64,000 nucleotides of DNA, from positions 30,191-94,190 of the forward strand of contig NIVC01000798.1 in assembly GCA_002269645.1 (NCBI GenBank), written 5' to 3'. Numbering within the stretch: the stretch's first letter is position 1; every line of letters starts with the position of its first letter. A model generated the notes under the pieces. The model was not told the DNA's origin. It saw only the letters and a program-made list of their open reading frames with translations, and searched no databases. Position numbers and translations under genes: made by a program. This stretch comes from Macrostomum lignano. Lineage: Eukaryota. Positions 50,505 through 63,451 of this stretch are shown piece by piece.

Positions 50505-53160
50505 CCGGCTCCTTCAGCTGGCTCCATCAGGTCCTTCAGTGGGCTCAATTGGGTCCTTCAGTGAGCTACCATCGGGTCCTTCAGTGGGCTACCATCGGGT
50601 CCTTCAGTGGGCTACCATCGGGTCCTTCAGTGAGCTACCATCGGGTCCTTCAGTGAGCTACCATCGGGTCCTTCAGTGGGCTACCATCGGGTCCTTCAGT
50701 GGGTCACCATCAGGTCCTTCAGTGAGCTACCATCGGGTCCTTCAGTGAGCTACCATCGGGTCCTTCAGTGAGCTACCATTGGGTCCTTCAGTGAGCTACC
50801 ATCGGGTCCTTCAGTGAGCTACCATCGGGTCCTTCAGTGAGCTACCATTGGGTCCTTCAGTGAGCTACCATCGGGTCCTTCAGTGAGCTACCATCGGGTC
50901 CTTCAGTGAGCTACCATCGGGTCCTTCAGTGAGCTACCATTGGGTCCTTCAGTGAGCTACCATCGGGTCCTTCAGTGAGCTACCATCGGGTCCTTCAGTG
51001 AGTCACCATCGGGTCCTTCAGTGAGCTACCATCGGGTCCTTCAGTGAGCTACCATCGGGTCCTTCAGTGAGTCACCATCGGGTCCTTCAGTGAGCTACCA
51101 TTGGGTCCTTCAGTGAGCTACCATCGGGTCCTTCAGTGAGCTACCAACGGGTCCTTCAGTGAGTCACCATCGGGTCCTTCAGTGAGTCACCATCGGGTCC
51201 TTCAGTGAGTCACCATCGGGTCCTTCAGTGAGTCACCATCGGGTCCTTCAGTGAGCTACCATCGGGTCCTTCAGTGAGTCACCATCGGGTCCTTCAGTGA
51301 GCTACCATCGGGTCCTTCAGTGAGCTACCATCGGGTCCTTCAGTGAGCTACCATCGGGTCCTTCAGTGAGTCACCATCGGGTCCTTCAGTGAGTCACCAT
51401 CGGGTCCTTCAGTGAGTCACCATCGGGTCCTTCAGTGAGCTACCATCGGGTCCTTCAGTGAGCTACCATCGGGTCCTTCAGTGAGTCACCATCGGGTCCT
51501 TCAGTGAGTCACCATCGGGTCCTTCAGTGAGTCACCATCGGGTCCTTCAGTGAGTCACCATCGGTCCTTCAGTGAGTCACCATCGGGTCCTTCAGTGAGC
51601 TACCATCGGGTCCTTCAGTGAGTCACCATCGGGTCCTTCAGTGAGCTACCATCGGGTCCTTCAGTGAGTCACCATCGGGTCCTTCAGTGAGTCACCATCG
51701 GGTCCTTCAGTGAGTCACCATCGGTCCTTCAGTGAGCTACCATCGGGTCCTTCAGTGAGCTACCATCGGGTCCTTCAGTGAGTCACCATCGCGGTCCTTC
51801 AGTGAGCTACCATCGCGGTCCTTCAGTGAGTCACCATCGGGTCCTTCAGTGAGCTACCATCGGGTCCTTCAGTGAGTCACCATCGGGTCCTTCAGTGAGT
51901 CACCATCGGGTCCTTCAGTGGGTCACCATCGGGTCCTTCAGTGAGCTACCATCGGGTCCTTCAGTGAGCTACCATCGGGTCCTTCAGTGAGCTACCATCG
52001 GGTCCTTCAGTGAGTCACCATCGGGTCCTTCAGTGAGCTACCATCGGGTCCTTTAGTGAGCTACCATCGGGTCCTTTAGTGAGCTACCATCGGGTCCTTC
52101 AGTGAGTCACCATCGGGTCCTTTAGTGAGCTACCATCGGGTCCTTCAGTGAGCTACCATCGGGTCCTTCAGTGAGCTACCATCGGGTCCTTTAGTGAGCT
52201 ACCATCGGGTCCTTCAGTGAGTCACCATCGGGTCCTTCAGTGAGTCACCATCGGATCCTTCAGTGAGCTATCATCGGGTCCTTCAGTGAGCTACCATCGG
52301 GTCCTTCAGTGAGCTACCATCGGGTCCTTCAGTGAGCTACCATCGGGTCCTTCAGTGAGCTACCATCGGGTCCTTCAGTGAGTCACCATCGGATCCTTCA
52401 GTGAGCTACCATCGGGTCCTTCAGTGAGCTACCATCGGGTCCTTCAGTGAGCTACCATCGGGTCCTTCAGTGAGTCACCATCGGTCCTTCAGTGAGCTAC
52501 CATCGGGTCCTTCAGTGAGTCACCATCGGATCCTTCAGTGAGCTACCAACGGGTCCTTCAGTGAGCTACCATCGGATCCTTCAGTGAGCTACCAACGGGT
52601 CCTTCAGTGAGCTACCATCGGATCCTTCAGTGAGCTACCAACGGGTCCTTCAGTGAGCTACCATCGGATCCTTCAGTGAGCTACCATCGGGTCCTTCAGT
52701 GAGCTACCATCGGGTCCTTCAGTGAGTCACCATCGGGTCCTTCAGTGAGTCACCATCGGGTCCTTCAGTGAGCTACCATCGGGTCCTTCAGTGAGTCACC
52801 ATCGGGTCCTTCAGTTAGCTACCATCGGGTCCTTCAGTGAGTCACCATCGGGTCCTTCAGTGAGTCACCATCGGGTCCTTCAGTGAGTCACCATCGGATC
52901 CTTCAGTGAGCTACCAACGGGTCCTTCAGTGAGCTACCATCGGGTCCTTCAGTGAGTCACCATCGGGTCCTTCAGTGAGCTCCAGGTCCTTTAGTGAGTC
53001 ACCATCTAGTTCTTCAGTGAGCTACCATCGGGTCCTTCAGTGAGCTACCATCGGGTCCTTCAGTGAGTCACCATCGGGTCCTTCAGTTAGCTACCATCGG
53101 GTCCTTCAGTGAGCCACCATCGGGTCCTTCAGTGAGCCACCATCGGGTCCTTCAGTGAGC
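50505..53160. repeat. 23-bp minisatellite, ~115 copies, two main variants
   Basis: Units GAGCTACCATCGGGTCCTTCAGT and GAGTCACCATCGGGTCCTTCAGT. Confidence 0.97.
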
Positions 53161-54489
53161 TGCTCCGATACCCACATTGGGTCTACCAAAATAGAGGCAC
53201 TTGAAATCAACAACACTGGCAATCCAACCCACGCAGTGCAAACCAGCTAAAGCTGAAATATGTTTAAAAACTAACGGGATAATTAAGATTCACTACAGGC
53301 TTTAAATTAACACAACTCATCAGACTCCCAGTGGTCATAAAATCTTAGAAGCGCGATTGTAAAACTAAGCTTTAAAAATCGTAGCAGTACCTTGCGGGAT
53401 ATAGCATTTAATGGCGCCAATAAAGCCCCATAAAACTGAATAGAAAAGCAGAATTGGAAGCGGCTAACGACAAAAGCGATTCAAGGTAGTGTCGGCAGCT
53501 AAAATGCTAGTGCTGACGCTGTAGATATAGCTAGATCCTTCTCAAGTTAGTAGCTGGCCATTTTTAGACATTCCGTGAGCATGTCATCGGGTGCGTCACC
53601 CGCCCTCGCCCCGCCCTCTCCGAGGTCATTAGAGACGGGGTCGCAGATTCCCACATTTTCTGTGTCTCTTCCTCAGAGCAGTCGCACAACAGGGAAGCCC
53701 TACGTGTTTGATGTTCGCCGCAAGGTCATTAAAGCATAAAGCATTCGAAGTCCGGCACCTCGCAAAAGACCGAGCGGCTTGAGAATGAGTTGCTTCTCAA
53801 ATATTTGTTCGCAATCTGTCAGGTTGAGCAGCTCTCTGGACATGGCGGGTAATACTACGTACTCGAGTGCGAGTTGCAAAATGAATGAATTGCTTTCCCA
53901 CATCAGCTTGTCGGCGCGCAAACACGGCCCGGCTCGAGAAGGGCAGAGACTGGCTTAGCGATTGCTTGCGTTTTGCCTGTTTGTGCTCAGAAAGCCAGCT
54001 AAGGTCAGCTGGTCTACAGAACAGCGCGTTACGTCATTGGGGAGGTGACAAATGCTTTGCACACACACCCAGCTGAGTGTCACGTACGCTCAAGTTCGAA
54101 TAAGTGACTAATTAACTAGCTAGTATCTAGCTATTATTGAGTAACTAGCTTAGTATCTAATTCTAGCTATCAGTGAGTAACTAGCTTAGTATCTAGCCCC
54201 CAAGGAACAGAGAGTGTACATGCCTGACGATTAGATGCGGGCGCCTGGGTGCCCGCAGCCCTCCTGCCCTCCAGCCAATATCCAGTTTATCAATTTTCTT
54301 AGCAAAAGTGGGTGGGCATGGCCCTACCAGATTAAAAGTGGGGCATTGACCTTCACTGGCCCGTTTGTGTTCGTATGAATCCAGCAATGCTCGCTTTCAT
54401 CGGTTGACCTCCCATCAAATGTCCCACGATCACCTTGAAAAGTCCTTTTCGGTCACTCATCTACCAGTATCTTGGATCCCAAACGTCCT

Positions 54490-54890
54490 TTGCGTTTACC
54501 AATGTCCTCCCGAATATTGAATGTGCTTTGGCCATTTACCAATGTCCTCCAGTATATCGAATGTCATTTGGCCATTTACCAATATCCTACAGAACCACGA
54601 ATGTCCTTTGTCCATTTACCCTCCAGAGTCATTTGTCCTTAGTCCTCCAGAATACCGAATTCCCTTTTGGCCATTCACCAATGTCCTCCAGTATACTGAA
54701 TGTCATTTGGCTAATCACTAATAACCTACAGAACCTTGAATGTCCTTTGTCCATTTACCCTCCATAGTCATTTGTCCTTAGTCCTCCAGAATGCCGAATT
54801 CCCTTTGTCCATTTACCAATGTCCTTCAGAATCCCGAATGTCCTTTGTCCATTTTCTGTCCTCCAGAATCCCATATGTCCTGTGTCTATT
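54490..54890. repeat. Degenerate composite tandem repeat
   Basis: Recurrent CCATTTACCAATGTCCTCCAG...GAATGTC motifs. Confidence 0.75.
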
Positions 54891-56236
54891 TTCTAATTTC
54901 CTCCGGTCAAAAAAGCAGGCCTTCTGCCACTTGTAAATAAAACTCGTAAATAAATGTTCTAATCTCGGACTTGGCAATGGCTACTCGCCCGTCATAATTT
55001 CGTTATTGCGTCTTTTTCTTCGAAAGCCACTATTTCGCTCTCGAATGCTTCTTCTCCGGTACTACCGCTAAGTTTGTTTTGGTGCTTTTTAGTCGGCCAC
55101 TCTACAGCCTATGATGGATCTGCTGCTACCAGTGAAATTGGCATCTGATAGGAAAATAACAAGCTGACTTAGTAGCGGCCGCAGTGTCAGGTAGGTTGTT
55201 AGCCACTGGAACAGCAAATTAGTGAGCGCCCCCCGCTGCCACCGAGGCAGCCGCCGCTTCGGCTTATGCCAACTTTCAACTCTCAGTTTCTGGCTTTTCT
55301 CTCTCCCTCTCTCTCTCTCTCTCTCGCATCTCGCTGCCTGCGGCTTAGCGGAAACTGCTGGCCTGAGAGGCTATTTTTAGATATCCGCTACAATCGGACT
55401 CGCGAAGGTGGAGGATTAACAAGCAGGTGTTGCGCGTTCACACGGCTCAATTCTCTGCTGCTCGCTTGCAAACTTTCTTTCTTCCTCTCCTCCTCCCTTT
55501 CTCACCTTTTTACATCGCTCCCAGCAACACAAGTCCCATATTCTCTGGCTGGCTTCCTTTGTAAGTTGATAGCGGAGAACAAAAGGTCTGCTAGTTGTTT
55601 GGAAGGAAAAACTGTTATAGAACTAACTTGTAGGAGGAATCGTCTTTCTCTGTGTACAGCCGTCATTCACACCTGCCGGATCCCGTTGGGCGGTAATTTT
55701 TCAGCGGTAGAAATGGTGCGAATAGAATTCTCGGGTAACTCTAGATGGGTCAGCTTGCCAGCCAGAGAGCCTATGCAGCTCATTATTGTGTCCAGCTGAT
55801 CAGTATAGAAGCCTTTAGCCATCGGAGTACTGCCAGCTAGCTGGCTATATTCATATTAACGCTGATCGTTGGCAAAGAATGGCTCCAAAAATATTAACGC
55901 CCCATTAGCGAGCTATTGGGCCAAAATGGGTGATTAATGCTTTGGGGATGGCGATCTGCTGGGCAGGGGGTATGGGGGCAGGTGTTTACGCATCGCCGCG
56001 TACGCTCCCTTCATCGACCTTTGCTGCCGATACTTGCTCACAAGTTAGCTGGCTGTGTTATGAGATACCTTTACTGTATTGTTAAGGATGCATTCAGTTA
56101 GTTAAGGATGCAGCTCATGATCAACTAGCGATAAGGCTTGTACTTTTAACTGACTGTGCCAACTGTATTTTAGGTGTACTTTTCAATGTATTGCTTTGTT
56201 TAACAATCATTATCCTCTTCTGGTAATTTTTACTTT

Positions 56237-57080
56237 GATACTAAGCTAGTTACTCACTGTTAGCTAGATTCTAAGCTAGTTACTCACTGTTAGCTAGATT
56301 CTAAGCTAGTTACTCACTGTTGGCTAGATACTAAGCTAGTTACTCACTGTTGGCTAGATTCTAAGCTAGTTACTCACTGTTAGCTAGATTCTAAGCTAGT
56401 TACTCACTGTTGGCTAGATTCTAAGCTAGTTACTCATTGTTAGCTAGATACTAAGCTAGTTACTCACTGTAGGCTAGATACTAAGCTAGTTACTCACTGT
56501 TGTCTAGATACTAAGCTAGTTACTCACTGTAGGCTAGATACTAAGCTAGTTACTCACTGCTAGCCAGATACTAAGCTAGTTACTCACTGTTAGCTAGATA
56601 CTAAGCTAGTTACTCACTGTTAGCTAGATACTAAGCTAGTTACTCACTGCTAGCCAGATACTAAGCTAGTTACTCACTGTTAGCTAGATACTAAGCTAGT
56701 TACTCACTAATAGCTAGATACTAAGCTAGTTACTCACTAATAGCTAGAATTAGATACTAAGCTAGTTACTCACTAATAGCTAGAATTAGATACTAAGCTA
56801 GTTACTCACTAATAGCTAGAATTTGATACTAAGCTAGTTACTCACTAATAGCTAGAATTAGATACTAAGCTAGTTACTCACTGTTGGCTAGATACTAAGC
56901 TAGTTACTCACTGCTAGCTAGATACTAAGCTAGTTACTCACTAATAGCTAGAATTAGATACTAAGCTCACTCACTGTGAGCTTAGATACTCACTGTTGGC
57001 TAGATACTAGGCTAGTTACTCACTAATAGCTAGATACTAAGCTAGTTACTCACTGTTAGCTAGATACTAAGCTAGTTACT
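56237..57080. repeat. 30-bp minisatellite
   Basis: Unit CTAAGCTAGTTACTCACTGTTAGCTAGATA. Confidence 0.95.
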
Positions 57081-57747
57081 CGCAGGCGCGAGAGACAGAC
57101 GCGCTCTTCGCTGAGCTGCTCTGCCCAACTCGTGTTAGCCTTACAAGCCATTACGCTGCCCCTTAGTCCGCTGACTTTTTAAGAACATTCCTACGAAGAT
57201 AATGAAAAAGCAAGTAAGCGAAAGCTCAATTGTTTATTGACATGTTCTCTTACTTTAAGCCAAGTCTAGGAGAGAAACGTAGAAAGAAAGATGGTGAGAA
57301 AGCCCCCAATCAAAGGACGCGTGACGGCTGCTCAAGCGAGTCAGTGCAGAACGGGTTTTTTGTCCCCTCTAGACTCCAGACACACTAGCATTGTATTCGC
57401 ATGTCACTCCTCCCTCCCACCGGGGCAGAGGGCAACCACAGCTGGTACCGGGTGCTGCTGTAGGGCACTGGGTAATTATCAGCATGTCATTAAGTCAATT
57501 CAAGACAGGGAATGACAGCAATGCATTACACTTGCACTGCTGAATGTCTGAACACGCGACAATGCAGAGAAGGACAGAGACAGATTGACGGGTGCCGCAC
57601 TCAATCAAGCTAAACTATGCAAACAGATGGAAGGCAAGCCTGCAGACATGGATCACTACTTAGACTGACTTGGACAGGCTGATTTGATCTTTCTTTTGGA
57701 GCTAAGGGAGAAAGGTTGCAGTTCTGCAGGATTAGGGAAACGGTGGC

Positions 57748-58622
57748 GCTGGCCCAGCAACTGAGGATCTGTGAGGCTGGCCCAGCAACTGACACTCTGT
57801 GAGGCTGGCCCAGCAACTAAGGATCTGGGAGGCTGGCCCAGCAACTGAGGATCTGGGAGGCTGGCCCAGCAACTGAGGATCTGTGAGGCTGGCCCAGCAA
57901 CTGAGGATCTGTGAGGCTGGCCCAGCAACTGAGGATCTGTGAGGCTGGCCCAGCAACTGACACTCTGGGAGGCTGGCCCAGCAACTGACACTCTGGGAAG
58001 CTGGCCCAGCAACTGAGGATCTGGGAGGCTGGCCCAGCAACTGAGGATCTGGGAGGCTGGCCCAGCAACTGACACTCTGGGAGGCTGGCCCAGCAACTGA
58101 GGATCTGTGAGGCTGGCCCAGCAACTGAGGATCTGTGAGGCTGGCCCAGCAACTGAGGATCTGTGAGGCTGGCCCAGCAACTGAGGATCTGGGAGGCTGG
58201 CCCAGCAACTGAGGATCTGAGGCTGGCGGTGGCCCGCCAACTGAGGATCTGGGAAGTTGGCCCAGCAACTGACACTTTGGGAAGCTGGCCCAGCAACTGA
58301 GGATCTGGGAGGCTGGCCCAGCAACTGAGGATCTGGGAGGCTGGCCCAGAAACTGAGGATCTGGGAGGCTGGCCCAGCAACTGAGGATCTGGGAGGCTGG
58401 CCCAGCAACTGACACTCTGGGAGTCTGGCCCAGCAACTGAGGATCTGGGAGGCTGGCCCAGCAACTGAGGATCTGGGAGGCTGGCCCAGCAACTGAGGAT
58501 CTGGGAGGCTGGCCCAGCAACTGAGGATCTGGGAGGCTGGCCCAGCAACTGAAGATCTGTGAGGCTGGCCCAGCAACTGAGGATCTGGGAAGCTGGCCCA
58601 GCAACTGACACTCTGGGAGGCT
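57748..58622. repeat. 28-bp minisatellite
   Basis: Unit GGCTGGCCCAGCAACTGAGGATCTGGGA. Confidence 0.96.
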
Positions 58623-59920
58623 GACCCCTTCCTACAATTTAGAGAGTAGAGAAGTTAGAAGGTTTCCTAACTTTCACAATATAGCTAATGATTAAAATTT
58701 CGCTGCCTCAAAATTCGACAAGAGCTGATATACAGAAATGCAATATGAAGATGACGAGTGAGAAAGTATGAGAAGTGAAATTAGAGAGTGAAATCCAGAA
58801 GACGAACCTTAAAGAGAGATTGGCAGATTAAAAGAGAGGTGGGGCATCTCACTAAACGAAGAGAAACGCAGAGCAAAGGCGCCTGGGGAAGCCACTGCTT
58901 ATAGAGGCAGACCCAGTCTAATTAAGGCTGGCAGACGCTGCTAGCACAGACAGTCAGCAAGCTGGCGGTGCCTGCAGAGGCCGGGGCAGAGGTCACCGGG
59001 CCATCTTTGCCCCAGACATTGATTTCTTCCGGTCAATTTCTCTCTTGCCCGCCGCCCTTCTCCGCCCTTCTCTCCTCAACTCAAGAGCTCAAGCCGGGAC
59101 TCTCGGTGTGTGGCTGATGCCAATTTGCCTGGTCGGGGAAAAGGAAAAGCGAGCAAGTTGGAGGCAGACGGAATGCCAGGCGGATAAGTCAATTCTGATT
59201 CAGTCCGGGTGGAGCTCACTAGAAAAAGCTCTGGTGGATGCTGAAACTGTATGACTTCCGAATTTGAGCAGGAAAAGTTTTTTGAGAAACTTGCAGCTTT
59301 TTTCTTCTTTTACTTAATCCGGCCTGTCGCTCCTGTGTTTCTGTCCGTATCTCCGCGTTGTGCGCGTTTTTGTTTTGTGTATGCGTTACTGCTTCTTCTT
59401 CGCTTGGCTTCTTCGCCTCATCAACGGCACAGCACGCAAGTGAGACCAAACACACACAAACACACACAGCAGAGCATTTCGCCGGCGGGCAATTCTAGCC
59501 GAAACAGAAATTCAATTTAGGAATGGAGACTCTGCCAAGCATTAGAGAATGGGACGGGGGGGAGCGGTGGCGAGGAAAAGGCGGTTTCTGCGGATGAGCC
59601 AGACAGAGAGAGAGAGAGAAAGGGAGTGAGGGAAGCCGAGGTGGAATGAGTATTGAATTATAAAAAGCGCTAAAAATAAAGAATGGATTAGATAGCAGAT
59701 TGCCAGACAGGGTCAGTGCACGGACGGATTAAGACCACAGAGTGGTTGATTGATTGACTAATTGACAATCCGATTTGGTGATGGTACAATAATACCCTTG
59801 TTATTCACGTGATTCCTTCGGGGGGGGCAGCAAATGCTAGTCAACATAAAATAAATGCTACTGTAGTGTACAAATGCATTGAACAAAAAAAGAGTATATA
59901 ATTTCGTCATCTCAGCTCAC

Positions 59921-62185
59921 CATTTGGGCTCATGGACAACCTGGGCAGCGACAAGTCCACCGGAATGTAGTCCTTGATCCACAGAACTCGCGGCCGAGGC
60001 TCGCCATTCACCTGGCACGTCAGCGTGACGCGCTGGTCTTTCTCAACCACCTGCATTCCCGGCGGCTTGACGATGCGCGGGAAGCCGGCTGGGATCACTG
60101 CGCAGCGAGAGGTGGGCGGCGATTATCCATTAGGTATTTTAGGTGCTCTGGTGCCGCAGCCTGGGGTCTGCTTCAGCAACTAACATCAACGAGGGCCAAA
60201 CTTTCAAAGTGTAATAAAGTGTACATGTTGGACAAACTATGTATGTTTTTGTATACAGATTGCTGCACATGTGCTCAGTGTGTCTTGGTGTCTTAATGTC
60301 TGTCTTGTTTCTGTCTTGTGTCTGTCTTGTTTCTGTCTTAGCATCTGTCTCGTGTCTGTCCTAGTGTGTTTAATTAGTGTCTGTCTTTTGTCTGTCTAGT
60401 GCCTGTCTTTGCATGTCTTAGCGTCTGTCTTGTGTCTGTCTTGTGTCTGTCTCTGCGTGTCAATTAGTGTCTGTCTTAGTGTGTCTCAGTGTCTGTCCTA
60501 GTGTATCTTATTAGTGTCTGTCTTAGTGTGTCTCAGTGTCTGTCCTAGTGTATCTTATTAGTGTCTGTCTTAGTGTGTCCTAGTGTCTGTCTTAGTGTGT
60601 CTTAGTGTCTGTCTCTGCGTGTCAATTAGTGTCTGTCTTAGTGTGTCCTAGTGTCTTTATTAGTGTGTCTTAGTGTCTGTCTTAGTGTCTGTCTTAGTGT
60701 CTGTCTTGTGTCTGTCTTGTGTCTGTCTTGTGTCTGTCTTGTGTCTGTCTCTGCGTGTCAATTAGTGTCTGTCTTAGTGTGTCCTAGTGTCTTTATTAGT
60801 GTGTCTTAGTGTCTGTCTTAGTGTGTCCTAGTGTCTGTCTTAGTGTGTCTTAGTGTCTGTCTTAGTGTGTCCTAGTGTCTGTCTTAGTGTGTCTTAGTGT
60901 CTGTCTCTGCGTGTCAATTAGTGTCTGTCTTAGTGTGTCCTAGTGTCTTTATTAGTGTGTCCTAGTGTCTTTATTAGTGTGTCCTAGTGTCTTTATTAGT
61001 GTGTCTTAGTGTCTGTCTTAGTGTCTGTCTTAGTGTCTGTCTTGTGTCTGTCTTGTGTCTGTCTCTGCGTGTCAATTAGTGTCTGTCTTAGTGTGTCTTA
61101 GTGTCTGTCTCTGCGTGTCAATTAGTGTCTGTCTTAGTGTGTCCTAGTGTCTTTATTAGTGTGTCTTAGTGTCTGTCTTAGTGTCTGTCTTGTGTCTGTC
61201 TTGTGTCTGTCTTAGCGTCTTAGCTTCTTTCATTTTTCCTTTAGACGGTACTGAATTTCAAAAATAATAAATTTGTAAAATGTGAAACGAATTCTATCAC
61301 CCCATAAATACCGTGTGTCTCCCCTTGTGCCATGCTGATTTTCAATAGACTCAATAGCGCCCAAAAAGGAGGACTAAGATCAAAGGCAGCAAAGAATGCA
61401 GACCCCAGGCCCAAGCTACTCAGGTTAAAAGCCAGTGCACCCTTTCTGTTCGCAATCGATAAAGGCAAACAGCAGACACACAAAAGACACAAAGGCGATT
61501 CAGTCAGGCAAAAAAAATTCGCGGCAAAGAAATTAAACAGGTAGAAGGAAAAGTACGTATAGAAAGGGCACGAACCAATTGATTATTCAAAGACCTAAAA
61601 CTGCTGCTTGCTCGGTTAGCACTATAAGTAAACAAAACAAACCCGAGCACTGATGTAACATGAATGGGAGACTGATGTAACAGGAATGGGAGACTGATGT
61701 AACAGGAATGGGAGACTGATGTAACAGGAATGGGACACTGATGTAACAGGTGACAGGTAACAGGTGACAGGTGACAGGTGACAGGTGACAGGTAACAGGT
61801 GACAGGTGACAGGTAACCTACTCGAAAGCTTCAACTTCCCAAACTGTTGAATAATCTATCAATCAAGCAGACATCTTACCTGACGCTTTGGGATACACGT
61901 AGAGCCTGGCTGTCTGGGTGACAGACCTGGACGAGACGGCGTTCTTGGCTACGCAGGCGATGAGGGTGTTGTTGTCTTCGCTGGCTCGAACCAGCTCGGC
62001 GCGCAGCACCTTGCCAAACGAGATGGCGAATGAGAAGTACCTGGGCAGCCTGGGCGTGACGCGGCGATTGTTCACCAGCCATTCGATCTCAGGTGCGGGG
62101 CTGCCCTCGGCGCGGCAGATGAAGAGGGCCGCGGTGTTGTCCAGCACGGTGATTGTCTCCGGACCCTGGGTGATCCGCGCCTCCT
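59921..62185 (-). CDS. Lar: LAR-family (type IIa) receptor protein tyrosine phosphatase, 5' part only: Ig1 exon 61880-62185 and Ig2 exon 59921-60097
   Basis: A phase-1 GT-AG join gives ...FICRAEGSPAPEIEW...CVAKNAV...ARLYVYPKASVIPAGFPRIVKPPGMQVVEKDQRVTLTCQVNGEPRPRVLWIKDYIPVDL. This matches the LAR/PTPRD Ig1-Ig2 junction LPPGFPSIDMGPQLKVVEK...WFKDFLPVD. Downstream exons were not found. Confidence 0.85.
60290..61220. repeat. ~12-bp GTGTCTGTCTTA-type satellite in the LAR-like intron
   Basis: Direct inspection. Confidence 0.93.
61655..61815. repeat. Short 24-bp and 7-bp (GGTGACA) tandem repeats
   Basis: GACTGATGTAACAGGAATGGGA-type units followed by (GGTGACA)n. Confidence 0.85.
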
Positions 62186-62311
62186 CTGCAATGTGCGTTA
62201 ATCAGGTGACAGGGACATTGTGATTGTGACATTCTTAGCATTCAGTGAACGAAGTCCGGATATCCTCATCTGATACCTTAGGATCGAATCTCATCTATCT
62301 AAGGATATATT

Positions 62312-63018
62312 CTCATCTACTTCAGTGATGTAACAGGATGTAATCTACTTCAGGATCGATTCTCATCTACTTCAGGATCGCTTCTCATCTACTTCAGGAT
62401 CGCTTCTCATCTACTTCAGGATCGATTCTCATCTACTTCAGTGATGTAACAGGATGTAATCTACTTCAGGATCGATTCTCATCTACTTCAGGATCGCTTC
62501 TCATCTACTTCAGGATCGCTTCTCATCTACTTCAGGATCGATTCTCATCTACTTCAGTGATGTAACAGGATGTAATCTACTTCAGGATCGATTCTCATCT
62601 ACTTCAGGATCGATTCTCATCTACTTCAGGATCGGTTCTCATCTACTTCAGGATCGATTCTCATCTACTTCAGGATCGGTTCTCATCTACTTCAGGATCA
62701 ATTCTCATCTACTTCAGGATCGATTCTCATCTACTTCAGGATCGATTCTCATCTACTTCAGGATCGATTCTCATCTACTTCAGGATCGCTTCTCATCTAC
62801 TTCAGGATCGATTCTCATCTACTTCAGGATCGATTCTCATCTACTTCAGGATCGATTCTCATCTACTTCAGGATCGATTCTCATCTACTTCAGGATCGAT
62901 TCTCATCTACTTCAGGATCGATTCTCATCTACTTCAGGATTGATTCTCATCTACTTCAGGATCAATTCTCATCTACTTCAGGATCGATTCTCATCTACTT
63001 CAGGATCGATTCTCATCT
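62312..63018. repeat. 22-bp minisatellite
   Basis: Unit GGATCGATTCTCATCTACTTCA. Confidence 0.96.
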
Positions 63019-63451
63019 ATTCCATGCTGTACCTGAGAATCCGACCGCATCGGGTAAAATCAATTTGCAAATTTTTCAGTACCTCAAAAGTACATAATCG
63101 GCAGCTTAAAAGTTCAAATAGGCAAAAGCTGAGGTGATCAAGGACATTACTGATCAGAAGTAGCCGGGCCCCGCCCAGACTTCTCACAAAAACTTTTCAC
63201 ATCAAATTTTCTCCATCTCCGCTCCTCCCCGACCGCCCACCCTCCGTCATTATCTTGCTACCTACTCTCCGTCGACCGCAGTCTCCCAGAGCGGGCCGTG
63301 GCTATTCAATAGGCTAGGCGGGAGGCTGGCAACCGCAAGGCCAAACAGAGCGCTGGGAGCTGGCCGCGAGCGGGCTCATATCAATAACGTTAGAAATCGA
63401 AAGGGGGGAGGCGCCGAGATAGGGGCGAGGGAAGGGGAGAGAGCAACTCAC

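Noticed and set aside
53655-53925. Strong plus-strand polypyrimidine acceptor with a 48-nt open stretch, and a 73-aa minus-strand ORF
   Set aside because: No partner exons or homology; could be chance
5399-62185. Functional neural cluster (Lmx1, iGluR, LAR)
   Set aside because: No known conserved synteny, a gap separates LAR from the others, and neural genes are common enough for chance adjacency
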